Shown: positions 1 through 9,243 of the stretch, in pieces
Numbering within the stretch: the first letter of the stretch is position 1
Layout: every line of letters starts with the position of its first letter
NCBI GenBank assembly: GCA_963765765.1
Contig: CAVXYC010000023.1
Span: 160,001 to 224,000, forward strand
DNA length: 64,000 nucleotides
Direction of reading: 5' to 3'
Source of the DNA: an uncultured Chloroflexia bacterium
Lineage (GTDB): Bacteria; Chloroflexota; UBA6077; JACCZL01
Made by a program: the position numbers and the translations under genes
The notes under the pieces: generated by a model
The model's database searches: none
What the model was told of the DNA's origin: nothing
The model's input: only the letters and a program-made list of their open reading frames with translations

Positions 1-1
1 C

Positions 2-703
2 GAGGGCGCTAATTACCAGATGCTCGAGTACCACGGACCGATCCTGCAGCAGATATCGGTGGACGATCGACTCACAATCGCCAATATGGCTGCCGAGGCT
101 CAAGCGAAGGGCGCATTCTTCCACGTGGACGACATCACGCGTGAGTACATCAAGGATCGGGCGAAATTCCCGGTCGAGATCTTCGAGAGCGATCCTGATG
201 CGAATTACGTTCGCGAAGTCGAGATCGACGTGACCGGTATGGAGCCGCAGGTTGCTTTTCCGTACTCACCTGACAACGTGCATCCGTTGCGCGAGGCGCT
301 GGGCGTGAAACCTGCTCAGGTCTTCATCGGCTCCTGCACCAACGCCCGCATCAGCGACATGCGAGTGGTCGCTTCGATCATGAGAGGCAAGAAGGTCCAC
401 AACGACGTTCAGTGCATCGTCATTCCGGCTACTCAGGACATCTATAAGCAGGCGCTGAAAGAAGGCCTGATCGAGATCTTTGCCGACGCCGGCGCCGTTG
501 TTGCGGCGGGCACCTGTGGCCCCTGCCTGGGCGGCTACATGGGTGTCATGGGCCCGAACGACGTGTGCATCTCCACCAGCAATCGTAACTTCCCGGGTCG
601 CATGGGCCACAAGGACGCTCGCGTCTACCTGGCAAATCCGGCCGTTGCCGCGGCAGCCGCTGTGGCTGGCGAGATTGTCCCGCCGGAAAGCATTCAAGGC
701 TAA
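2..703 (+). CDS. leuC: 3-isopropylmalate dehydratase large subunit (5'-truncated by window)
   Basis: Aconitase-family motifs IGSCTN, CGPCLG and STSNRNFPGRMG; directly upstream of leuD and leuB. Confidence 0.9.
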   Translation, partial: EGANYQMLEYHGPILQQISVDDRLTIANMAAEAQAKGAFFHVDDITREYIKDRAKFPVEIFESDPDANYVREVEIDVTGMEPQVAFPYSPDNVHPLREALGVKPAQVFIGSCTNARISDMRVVASIMRGKKVHNDVQCIVIPATQDIYKQALKEGLIEIFADAGAVVAAGTCGPCLGGYMGVMGPNDVCISTSNRNFPGRMGHKDARVYLANPAVAAAAAVAGEIVPPESIQG

Positions 704-706
704 TTC

Positions 707-780
707 GAGTGGTGAGTATTGAGTAATGAGTGATGAGTGGGACGGACCTGCTCATGACTCATCACTCATTACTCATCACT
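707..780. repeat. Inverted heptamer tandem-repeat element (GAGTRAT)n ... (ATYACTC)n
   Basis: Five GAGTnnT units at 707-741 face complementary ACTCATC/ACTCATT units at 750-780, between leuC and leuD. Confidence 0.8.
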
Positions 781-801
781 TCTCATGAGGAGAAGTAGAA
801 A

Positions 802-1302
802 ATGAAGCACGTTGGTCGCGTCTGGTGGTTTGGTGAACACATCGACACCGACGTCATCATCCCGGCGCGCTATCTGACCAGCAACGACGAGAAGGAGCTG
901 GCGCAACACTGCATGGAGACAGCCGATCCTGATTTCGCAAAGAACGTCCGGGAAGGCGATTTCATCGTTGCCGGACCGCTTTTCGGTATGGGCTCGTCGC
1001 GAGAGCATGCACCTATCGCTATCAAAGGTTGCGGCGTGCGGGCGGTCATCGCGCCCAGTTTTGCGCGTATCTTCCAGCGCAATTCGATCAACGTAGGCAT
1101 GCCCGTTCTAGAGTGCGACACGCTCTGGGAAGACGTGCAACAGGGCGACATGATCGAAGTGGACATGGACGAGGGCACGATCCTGCACCAGCGCACGGAG
1201 AAAGTCCACAAAGCGAGCCAATACCCCGAATTCTTGAAGGAGATCATCGCCGCGGGCGGTCTCGTCCCCTACACCCGCAAGAAGATCGAGGCCAGGGCGT
1301 GA
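802..1302 (+). CDS. leuD: 3-isopropylmalate dehydratase small subunit
   Basis: IDTDVIIPARYL, FGMGSSREHA and SFARIFQRN motifs; GAGGAG RBS. Confidence 0.93.
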   Translation: MKHVGRVWWFGEHIDTDVIIPARYLTSNDEKELAQHCMETADPDFAKNVREGDFIVAGPLFGMGSSREHAPIAIKGCGVRAVIAPSFARIFQRNSINVGMPVLECDTLWEDVQQGDMIEVDMDEGTILHQRTEKVHKASQYPEFLKEIIAAGGLVPYTRKKIEARA

Positions 1303-2375
1303 CTGCCTTCAATATCGCCGTCCTCCCCGGGGACGGCGTTGGGCCTGAAGTGATGGCTGAGGCGCTCAAAGTACTCAAGGCCATCACCACTAAATACGGT
1401 CACACCTTCTCCGTGAAGGATGACCTGGTTGGTGGAGCCGGCATCGACGAGTTTGGGACGCCGCTGCGGCCTGAGACGGTGCAAATGTGCCGTGAGAGCG
1501 ACGCCGTGCTCATGGGTGCCGTGGGCGGCCCAAAGTGGGATGATCCCACCGCCGCAACCCGGCCCGAGGATGCAATCCTCGGGCTGCGCAAGCAGCTCGA
1601 GCTCTTTGCCAACCTGCGACCGGTCAAGCTGTTCGACCCGTTGCTGGGCTCATCGACTTTCAAGGAAGACGTGATCCGTGGTGTGGATCTCATCTTCGTG
1701 CGGGAGTCTACCGGGGGCACATACTTCGCCGAGCCCAAAAAAGTCTGGACGGAGAACGGCAAGCGCATTGGTGTGGATACCACCCAGTACGACGAGGACG
1801 AGATCGCCCGAGCCGTAAAGCTCGGCTTCGAGCTGGCGAGAGGTCGCCGCAAGAAGCTCGTCTCGGCGGACAAGGCCAATGTTATGGCCAGCTCTCGACT
1901 CTGGCGAACCGTGGCTACGGAAGTCTCCAAGGATTATCCGGACATCGAGTTCTCACACATGTACGCCGATGCCTGCGCCATGCACCTGGCTCGCCGGCCG
2001 AAGGACTTCGACGTCATTGTCACGGACAATCTATTCGGTGACGTGCTCTCCGATGAGGCATCGATGCTCGCCGGCTCGCTTGGCATGATGCCCTCGGCGA
2101 CGCTCGCAGCGGGCGGCAAATTCGGACTTTATGAGCCGATTCACGGCTCTGCGCCCGACATCGCGGGGAGGGGCATCGTCAATCCGTTGGCGATGATACT
2201 CACGACCGCGTTAATGCTGCGCATCTCGCTCGGCCTTGAGACCGAGGCCGCGGTCGTAGAGTCCGCCGTGGAGCGCGCGCTGTCCGGTGGCGCTCGGACC
2301 CCCGATATCGCGCAGCCTGGCGAAGCGACTCTTTCCACTAGCCAGATGGGCGACGCGGTGGTTGACAACATCTGA
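1299..2375 (+). CDS. leuB: 3-isopropylmalate dehydrogenase
   Basis: GTG start overlaps the leuD stop (GTGA). Motifs IAVLPGDGVGPEV, DKANV, NLFGDVLSDEA and EPIHGSAPDIAG. Confidence 0.95.
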   Translation: MTAFNIAVLPGDGVGPEVMAEALKVLKAITTKYGHTFSVKDDLVGGAGIDEFGTPLRPETVQMCRESDAVLMGAVGGPKWDDPTAATRPEDAILGLRKQLELFANLRPVKLFDPLLGSSTFKEDVIRGVDLIFVRESTGGTYFAEPKKVWTENGKRIGVDTTQYDEDEIARAVKLGFELARGRRKKLVSADKANVMASSRLWRTVATEVSKDYPDIEFSHMYADACAMHLARRPKDFDVIVTDNLFGDVLSDEASMLAGSLGMMPSATLAAGGKFGLYEPIHGSAPDIAGRGIVNPLAMILTTALMLRISLGLETEAAVVESAVERALSGGARTPDIAQPGEATLSTSQMGDAVVDNI

Positions 2376-2377
2376 AA

Positions 2378-2410
2378 ACAGAGCCGCATCCCGTAAGGGT
2401 GTGGTTCTCC
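2378..2410. repeat. Solo degenerate REP-like arm
   Basis: ACAGAGCCGCATCCCGTAAGGGTGTGGTTCT resembles the arms of the 9127-9229 element. Confidence 0.6.
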
Positions 2411-2483
2411 CGCGATCGCCCAATTGCGGGAATTACCCTCCGGCCGGGTTAGCCGGTTGGGAGGTGGTGCTTCGCGACGGCGA

Positions 2484-3344
2484 TCATCCGATCGCCAGTG
2501 CCGCCACTCCCAGCATCATGAGCGCGGAGCCGGCCAGGCGCTGAGCGGTCTGTCCTTCGGCGAGTAGCTTATGACCAAGAATGGCGCCAAAGAGAATGCC
2601 AATTTCGCGCATGGGCGCGACATAGGCCACGGGGCTGGTAATAAGCGCGGTGAGGACGAGCGTGTAGGCGAGTGCGATGAGCGCGCCAGCCACAATGGAT
2701 AGTTTCCAGAAGGCGGAGATCTCGACGCGGGCCCGCTTCCAATCGCGTAGCGCCCATGGGGTGCGGAAGAGTCCACAGGTCCCCATCAACACAGTAAAGT
2801 AGATGAGTGGCGGTACCCGTAGAGTACTCACGCCATGCTTGTCCCATACTGTGTAGGTCGCGATGATAGCTCCTGTGAGCAGCGCGTAGCCGACTGCCGC
2901 GCCATTCTTTGACTTAAGCAGCGTCCTTGGATCGCCCGTAAGACAGAGAACACCTAGCAAAATGCCTGCGATGCCGATCGTTGCCAAGATTGAAGGCCGT
3001 TCCCCAATGACCACGACGGACAGCACGACGGCTAGGAGCGGTCCGCTTCCCCGAGCAAGCGGGTAGACGAGTGAGAGATCGCCGGCACGATAGGCGCGAG
3101 CTAGTGCGGCAAAGTACCCTACATGGATCAGCCCGCTCACTGTGGGGTATATCAGAGATCCCGGGCTCGGCCACACCCCAGTGGCACTTGATTGGGCAAT
3201 CGCAAGCGGGGCAGTGACCACAGCGGCCGAGATCGTACACAGCCAGGGAAACAGGCGACTTTCGCTCGCGTTTTTGGCCAGCAGATTCCAGCTCGCGTGC
3301 GCCAATGCTGAGGTAAGCACCAGGGCCACCGCCAGAGGAGTCAT
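2484..3344 (-). CDS. EamA/DMT family transporter
   Basis: Multi-TM protein with HASWN, GDLSLVYPLARG, YTVWDK and VAPMREIGI motifs. Confidence 0.88.
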   Translation of the reverse strand: MTPLAVALVLTSALAHASWNLLAKNASESRLFPWLCTISAAVVTAPLAIAQSSATGVWPSPGSLIYPTVSGLIHVGYFAALARAYRAGDLSLVYPLARGSGPLLAVVLSVVVIGERPSILATIGIAGILLGVLCLTGDPRTLLKSKNGAAVGYALLTGAIIATYTVWDKHGVSTLRVPPLIYFTVLMGTCGLFRTPWALRDWKRARVEISAFWKLSIVAGALIALAYTLVLTALITSPVAYVAPMREIGILFGAILGHKLLAEGQTAQRLAGSALMMLGVAALAIG

Positions 3345-3386
3345 GCCGACGAGTCTAGCTCATGGTCAGCGAATCCAGTTGGAAAC

Positions 3387-3480
3387 GTCGTGACGTTCCT
3401 TTAAGGGCGCCGTCTGAATATCTCCAACGGATATCGTCGTCTTGGATTCGGAGGTGGTGTCCGTAAAGGGACGCCACCTC
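3387..3480. repeat. Degenerate inverted copy of REPIN B (5506-5598)
   Basis: Both arms and part of the spacer (CTGAATATC, GTCTTGGATTC) match the reverse complement of 5506-5598. Confidence 0.7.
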
Positions 3481-3489
3481 CGACCTCTC

Positions 3490-4488
3490 CTATTGAGGCA
3501 GCAGGGCGTTGGTGAACGCCGCGGATCCATCCACTGTTTTCTGCATGAGCTGATTCTCGTACGCCCAGTTTGCGTAGCTCACCCAGCGCTCGGCGTTCTG
3601 GTATCCCCACCGACCATTCTCATCGATGAAATACGGCGCCAGTCGACCCATGCTCGCGCTCACCAGGTTGGCGTCCAGATCGGGCGCTTCCGCCAGCAGC
3701 ACTGCATTGGCCTGCGCATGGTCGGATACCGCGGCCTCGTAGCCGCGTTGCGTGGCGGTCAGGAAGCGTTGGATCGTCTCCGGCTTGTCGCGTATCGTGC
3801 GCTCACTGGAGATAAAGACGATGTTATACGTATCAGGCAGGCACCAGTCACTGAAGTGCATATAGTTCAGCTCGGTGCCGCCCATTTCCAGCTGAATTCC
3901 CTCCCACGTCCAGAGAAGCGACATGTAGTCAACGCGATCTGCGAGCAACGCCTGAGCGATGCCCTGGCCAACCGTCACCTCCTCAGCCTTGCTGGGGTCG
4001 GCGCCGTCGCACTGCATGATGGTGCGATTCTGTGCCTGGCTCTGCGGAACTCCGGCCGAGCCGTAGCGCTTTCCTTCGAAATGGAGTGGTCGAGTGATGC
4101 CGCTGGATTTTTTCGCGACAAATGCCCCCAGGTTATGCTGGACCAGCGCCGCTACGGACATCACAGGTATCTCCTGTGCTCGCCCAAACGTGACGGCAGA
4201 CTGGTAGCTGATGCCTAGCTCGGCCGTGCCGTTGGCAGTGAGCTTCGTTGCCGCGTTGACGTCCGATGGGGCCTCGATGCGTAGATCCAGCCCCGCCTCT
4301 TCGTACCAGCCGTTTGCTTTGGCCAGATAAATACCGGCGTGGTTCGTGTTGGGGAACCAGTCCAGCACGAGCGTGGCTGGGAGTGTCTGGCCTGCCGGCG
4401 CCGCGATCACTGGAACGGCTTGATTCCCAGGCATGACAGTTAGCGCGAGCAACGTGCTCGCGAGGGCGACGTTTCGAACCAATGTCAT
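3490..4488 (-). CDS. thiY: ABC substrate-binding protein, NMT1/THI5 (ThiY-like)
   Basis: Signal peptide; LDWFPNTNHAGIYLA and ISYQ motifs; last ABC gene of the TPP-riboswitch operon. Confidence 0.8.
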   Translation of the reverse strand: MTLVRNVALASTLLALTVMPGNQAVPVIAAPAGQTLPATLVLDWFPNTNHAGIYLAKANGWYEEAGLDLRIEAPSDVNAATKLTANGTAELGISYQSAVTFGRAQEIPVMSVAALVQHNLGAFVAKKSSGITRPLHFEGKRYGSAGVPQSQAQNRTIMQCDGADPSKAEEVTVGQGIAQALLADRVDYMSLLWTWEGIQLEMGGTELNYMHFSDWCLPDTYNIVFISSERTIRDKPETIQRFLTATQRGYEAAVSDHAQANAVLLAEAPDLDANLVSASMGRLAPYFIDENGRWGYQNAERWVSYANWAYENQLMQKTVDGSAAFTNALLPQ

Positions 4489-4519
4489 AGGACCCCTCCA
4501 CTTCAGCTTCTATTCAAGG

Positions 4520-5362
4520 TCATTTACGGCCACCGACTTGCCGCCACGGAATGGCCAATCGCTCGATGCCAGCGATCAGCAAGAAGAATGCAATGCTCAA
4601 GACGGCACACAGGACGATCGCCGCGAACACGCGCTCGGTGAGCATTTGATCGGCGGCCCGAACCATGTAGATTCCAAGGCCGCGGCTGGCGCCTACCCAC
4701 TCGCCAACAACTGCGCCGATAACGCTGTACGTCACGGCGATGCGTGCACCCGAGAAAATGGACGGAAGTGCTCCGGGAATGCGCACGCGGCGCAGTACCT
4801 CTCGCTCGCTACCACCCATTGCGCGCACCAGGTTGGCGTAGTCCCGATCCACGCTCGCCAGCCCATCGATCGTGCTCACCACCATCGGAAAGAAGCAGAT
4901 CAGCGCGACGACCATGACCTTGGGGACGATGTCGTAGCCAAACCAGATCACTAACAGCGGCGCGATCGCAATGATTGGCACCGTTTGCGAACCAATCAGG
5001 GGCGGGTAGAGTACCCGTCGAGCAAGTGGCCAGGCGTCCATTGCGAACCCGAGTGAGATGCCAAGGATGGCCGCCACGATGAAGCCGATGGTCGCCTCCT
5101 GCACCGTGCGACCCACATGCATGGTGATGAGCTCGCGGTCCGCGACGATCGTGTTGGCCACGTCGAGTGGTGACGGCAGCAGCCATTTTGGTACGCCAGT
5201 TATCCCGACACCGATCTGCCACGCGGCGATCATGGCGACGATCAGCAACCCGGAAAGGCCGTATTCCGCGATGAACGAGCGGCGTGCCGGCTCTGTTGAG
5301 GCCTCCGGTGCTGTGCCAATGTTCGGCGGGGAATCCACGACCCGAGCGGCGTTGCCGATCAT
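4520..5362 (-). CDS. thiX: ABC permease (SsuC/ThiX-like)
   Basis: LLPSP, SQTVPIIAIAPLLVIWFG and AVVGEWVGA motifs. Confidence 0.8.
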   Translation of the reverse strand: MIGNAARVVDSPPNIGTAPEASTEPARRSFIAEYGLSGLLIVAMIAAWQIGVGITGVPKWLLPSPLDVANTIVADRELITMHVGRTVQEATIGFIVAAILGISLGFAMDAWPLARRVLYPPLIGSQTVPIIAIAPLLVIWFGYDIVPKVMVVALICFFPMVVSTIDGLASVDRDYANLVRAMGGSEREVLRRVRIPGALPSIFSGARIAVTYSVIGAVVGEWVGASRGLGIYMVRAADQMLTERVFAAIVLCAVLSIAFFLLIAGIERLAIPWRQVGGRK

Positions 5363-5373
5363 CGGAGATATCC

Positions 5374-5473
5374 CGGTGCATGTAGTGAGCGCTTTAGCGC
5401 TTTTTCCCAGTGTCTCCGATCCCGGACTGCGGATATCCGCGAAAAAGCGCTAAAGCGCTCACTACATGCACCG
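5374..5473. repeat. REPIN A: perfect 33-bp inverted repeat with GTAG-led palindrome
   Basis: CGGTGCATGTAGTGAGCGCTTTAGCGCTTTTTC at 5374-5406 and its exact reverse complement at 5441-5473. Confidence 0.9.
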
Positions 5474-5505
5474 TGGCACGACCCGCTTGATCCGATGATC
5501 GGCGT

Positions 5506-5598
5506 GTAGTGGCGTCCCTTCACGGGCGCCACCTCGGGATCCAGGACAGCGACCACAACAGGGATATTCAGGTGGCGCCCGTGAAGGGACGCCACTAC
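5506..5598. repeat. REPIN B: perfect 29-bp inverted repeat with GTAG-led palindrome
   Basis: GTAGTGGCGTCCCTTCACGGGCGCCACCT at 5506-5534 and its exact reverse complement at 5570-5598. Confidence 0.9.
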
Positions 5599-5624
5599 GT
5601 CGGGGCTGCCAATTGGCCGCGGCA

Positions 5625-6401
5625 TTATGCGGCCGCCTCACCTGGGTTGCTCGATCGCAGCGCATCCAAAAGTTGCGCCTTGAGCTGCACGAGATGCGGC
5701 TCAGTCAGCAGGTGATAGTCGCGCGGGCGTGGGAGCTGCACCTCTAGCTCCAGCACCATGCGGCCCGGTCGGGGGCTCATGACGTAGACGCGATCCGAGA
5801 GAAAGAGTGCCTCGTCGATATCGTGCGTGACGAAGAGGATGGTGGGTCGAAGCTCATCCCAGAGGGAGAGCAGCCATTCCTGCATCGATTGTCGAGTCAG
5901 CGCGTCCAGTGCACCAAAAGGCTCGTCCAACAGCATTACGTCACGCCGGCAGAGCACGGTTCGCAGGAACGCCGCGCGCTGGCGCATACCGCCCGAGAGC
6001 TCTGCCGGATAGCGTCGCTCGAAGCCATCCAGGCCAAAACGATCGATTAGCGCCCGAGCCTCCATGCGCGCATTTGGCCGAGATACGCCCTGAATCTCCA
6101 GACCCAGCGTTGCGTTGTCGAGCACCGTCAGCCAGGGGAATAGCAAGTCCTTCTGTGGCATATATCCCACAAGCCCCGAGTGGCCGTTGGCGATACGGCC
6201 GTTGATGGAGATCTCGCCACGATCCGGACGATCGAGTCCCGCGATCAGGTTGAACAACGTGCTTTTGCCGCAGCCGGACGGGCCTACGACACTCACGAAC
6301 TCGTTGGGGGCTGCCACAAGCCTCACGCCGCCCAGGGCGTGGACGTGCGCGCCGCGGCCGGTGAAAGATTTATGCACGTCGCGTATTTCGAGCGCCGCCA
6401 C
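5625..6401 (-). CDS. thiZ: ABC ATP-binding protein (SsuB/ThiZ-like)
   Basis: GPSGCGKS, LSGGMRQR and LLDEPF motifs; GTG start at 6401 preceded by AAGGAGG. Confidence 0.85.
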   Translation of the reverse strand: MAALEIRDVHKSFTGRGAHVHALGGVRLVAAPNEFVSVVGPSGCGKSTLFNLIAGLDRPDRGEISINGRIANGHSGLVGYMPQKDLLFPWLTVLDNATLGLEIQGVSRPNARMEARALIDRFGLDGFERRYPAELSGGMRQRAAFLRTVLCRRDVMLLDEPFGALDALTRQSMQEWLLSLWDELRPTILFVTHDIDEALFLSDRVYVMSPRPGRMVLELEVQLPRPRDYHLLTEPHLVQLKAQLLDALRSSNPGEAAA

Positions 6402-6554
6402 CGTTGGTTCCTCCTTCTGGGCACAGCCAGTCAGTCCGTCGCGCGTGCGCGAACGCAAATGAGCGGCGGTTGCACCATGGCAACTGCCGCTCGAGGAGGA
6501 GATATGTCCAACGCACGACGCGACCACGCCAGTGGCCGACAGTCGTCCGCTGAG

Positions 6555-6665
6555 CCCGCTTCCCTACGCTCGTCTTCCGAGGGCTAGACCACTCGGCTTA
6601 TCGAGATCAGGTTCTATGAGTTGGTGGGCTTGACCCCGCCTCTCAGCTGCTCGCTCCCCCGCGGG
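6555..6665 (-). ncRNA. TPP riboswitch (variant with enlarged L5)
   Basis: Minus strand reads CCCGC-GGGGAGC...GCTGAGA...GAACCTGATCTCG...CGAGCGTAGGGAA-GCGGG, upstream of a thiamine-precursor ABC operon. Confidence 0.9.
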
Positions 6666-6687
6666 CGGAACGTCTGTTGTTGACATT

Positions 6688-6716
6688 ACGATAGGAGGCG
6701 TAGACGCAGACGTCAA
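6688..6716 (-). promoter_or_regulatory. Sigma70-type promoter for the riboswitch operon
   Basis: TTGACG-N17-TATCGT on the minus strand, about 20 nt before the riboswitch. Confidence 0.6.
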
Positions 6717-6812
6717 GTTTGCTTAGCTTTGCTGCCTCGCCGGGCCCCATGCTAGACTGCGTGTGCCCCTTGGTCACCTTTTCGGCGTTGAGCCTGATCG
6801 CGTAAGCAACGA

Positions 6813-9111
6813 ATGTCAGCGATCTCCTGGCGTGAGCAGCGCGCGCGACGCTCCGCCCCCTCCGAGCAAGCTCTAGCATCGAACCTTCGCATCATTCCCT
6901 GGCTGGGAATTGTCTGCGCGGCAGCGCTTGCCATCTATCCAAACGTCCTGGCCTGGCCGGCGGCTGTCGTGGGGCTCGGCGCTGTGCTTCTTCTTGTGCA
7001 TCAGCGGGTGGCGTTCGCTTCGCCCGCTGTCAATGCTGGACTGCTTCTCTTCTCCGTGGCAATGGTTGTGGGTCTGGGCGCGGCAGGATTCACAGATCCC
7101 GCTCTGGTGCGATTCACCGGATACGGCGCGGCAATCGTGCTGGCGTTCTCAATGCTGGCTTTGATGAGCTCCCCGGCCGCGGTGCAACGTGGCGCCGCGT
7201 TGCTGGTGGCGGTCGTTGGCATCGCCGAGCTTGTGGTTCTGGCGCTTCTGCGGGGATCGTTGCCCTCCAGCCCGTTCACGCGTCTTCTTCAGCCCTTCAC
7301 CCTACTTTTCAGCGGATTCCCCGGCATCAGCGGGGACACGCTGGAGGTCAATGCGCGTTTCGCGGTACACCAGTATGGCCTGGCGCATCTGGCGCTCGTT
7401 GCGGCTCCATTCGGGATCGCCCTGGCCCTCGAGCCGGGCACCCTTAAAGTGGCGGTTAGCGGGTGCAGCCTGGGCTGTACTGCACGTCGTGCTCTTGTTA
7501 GCAACGCAGTCTCGCGGAGCAATTCTGGCACTCGCCCTTGTGGGCGCCGTCATTGGCAGCACGCGAACCCGCTGGGCCTGGCTGACCATTCCTGGAGCGT
7601 TCGCTCTGCTGGGTGTGCTCATTGTTCGCGGCACGCTCTCACGACAGGTGGAGTCGGATTGGCTGGATTTCCGGCTTTCCGTATGGGGACGCACGATGCA
7701 CATGATGGGCGATTTCCCCTTCACGGGAGTCGGATTGGGCGCCCGGACCTACGCCGAGACGTTTGCCTGGTATTTCTCGATGCCCGATCGTTATACCGTC
7801 TCGCACGCGCACAACGTGGTGCTGCAAGCGTATGCGGAGCAAGGTTTGCTGGGCGCCCTGGGCCTTGTGGCGTTGCTGCTGGGTGGCTGCGCGGTTGCTG
7901 TTCGATCGATCACGAACTCACATGGATCCAATTGGATCGCGGGTGCCGGCGCTGGTGGTGCGTTTGTCGGATCGGCACTCTACGGCCTGACGGACCAAGT
8001 GGTGACATCCGCGTTGAGCTTTACCCTCATGCTGGCGCTCCTGGCGGTGGCCAGCCGCTGCGTTCCTGTAACTGCCAATCAGATCGTTGCCTGGCCCAGA
8101 GCACAGCTCGTGGGGATTGGCGGTGTAGCGGTGGTGGCGCTTGCCAGCGTGCTTCTCGGACTCTCATTGGGAGGCCGATGGATGAGCGGGCTCGCTCTCA
8201 ACGCTGGGTCGCTGGAGCTCGTCCATGCGCTTGCTTGGCCAGCTTACAGCGGGGATGCCAGGCAGACCGCACTTCGAAACGCCGAGAGCTGGCTCACCCA
8301 ATCCACCAATCTGAACTCCAAGAACATCGCGGCGTGGCGCAACCTCGGTTGGACCCGAACGGTGCGCAATGATGTGAGCGGGGCCCATCAGGCGCTCGAG
8401 CAGGCGTCTGGATCCGAAGGGCTCGGCGTCTTCGACCGGTTCATCCTGGGTCGTCTGTACCAGCAGCTTGGCTTTACCGAGCAGGCCATTGAGCAATGGC
8501 GTGGCGCCGGTGACATTGCGCGGTTGCGGACGGCGGCGGATGAGCTCACTTCCCGAGGCCGATGGCGCGAGGCGGTCGCCGCCCACGCGGCACTGCTCAC
8601 GCTGGAACCCGACAATCCGGACCACATGTCGAATCTGGCGGTGGCGGTGCTCAACAGCGGTGGCGACCTGGAGGAGGCGTTGCGCTGGTTCAGCTCCGCC
8701 ACACAGCTCAATCCCGAGGCGGCGCGCTCTCTGGCCCGTCAGCTTGTACTGCGCGGTGAGCCGTACCGCATCAACGAGGGCCGCGGCGGCGGTGACGCGA
8801 ACAAGGCAATCTTCTGGTTCAGCCTTGCGAGTCGGGTGGACCCGAGTTATGACAGGCCAGAAGTGGAGATTGGCGCGGTCTACATGAACCGTCAGCGCTA
8901 CGCCGAAGCAGAGCCTCACTTCCGCGCCGCGCTTGCGCGAGACGATTCGGATGCGTCGCTCTGGAGCTGGATCGGCGAATCCCTGGAGGGTCAGGGCCGA
9001 CTCGCCGAAGCAGTGGAGTTCTATCGGCAGGCCGTTGCCCGGCGACCGGATCGCCCGGTACTTCTGGAGAAGCTGCAAGGGGCCGAGGCGCGCCTGGCGG
9101 CGGGGCGATGA
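6813..9111 (+). CDS. O-antigen-ligase/O-OTase-like (Wzy_C) membrane protein with C-terminal TPRs; apparent frameshift near 7440
   Basis: TM-rich N-terminus in ORF 6813 continues in the 7189 frame with TQSRG, FPFTGVGLG and HAHN..LQAYAEQG, followed by TPR helices. Confidence 0.8.
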
Positions 9112-9126
9112 TCTCCGCAACCACCG

Positions 9127-9229
9127 ACAGCGTCGCATCCCGTGAGGGTGCGATTCCTCCACCGGGTACCTCACGTCCTCGGCTGGGGAAATCTAGAAGG
9201 AACCGCACCCTCACGGGATGCGACGCTGT
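9127..9229. repeat. REPIN-like 32-bp inverted repeat
   Basis: ACAGCGTCGCATCCCGTGAGGGTGCGATTCCT at 9127-9158 versus 9198-9229, one mismatch. Confidence 0.88.
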
Positions 9230-9243
9230 TTCTGGCAGTGCCG

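Noticed and set aside
707-780. Short repeats as a CRISPR array
   Set aside because: Tandem 7-mers without unique spacers; no cas genes in the window.
1029-1298. N-terminal extension of leuB in the ORF track
   Set aside because: It overlaps leuD; homology starts at GTG 1299.
5359-5625. 88-aa ORF bridging thiZ and thiX
   Set aside because: It consists almost entirely of two REPINs; the repeated peptides come from the palindromes.
6471-6494. Imperfect similarity to 5467-5490 (TGCACCRTGGCA...CCGCTYGA)
   Set aside because: Short and GC-rich; could be chance, and no function is assignable.
9142-9243. N-terminus of the 766-aa ORF
   Set aside because: It lies within a REPIN; a later ATG is more plausible.
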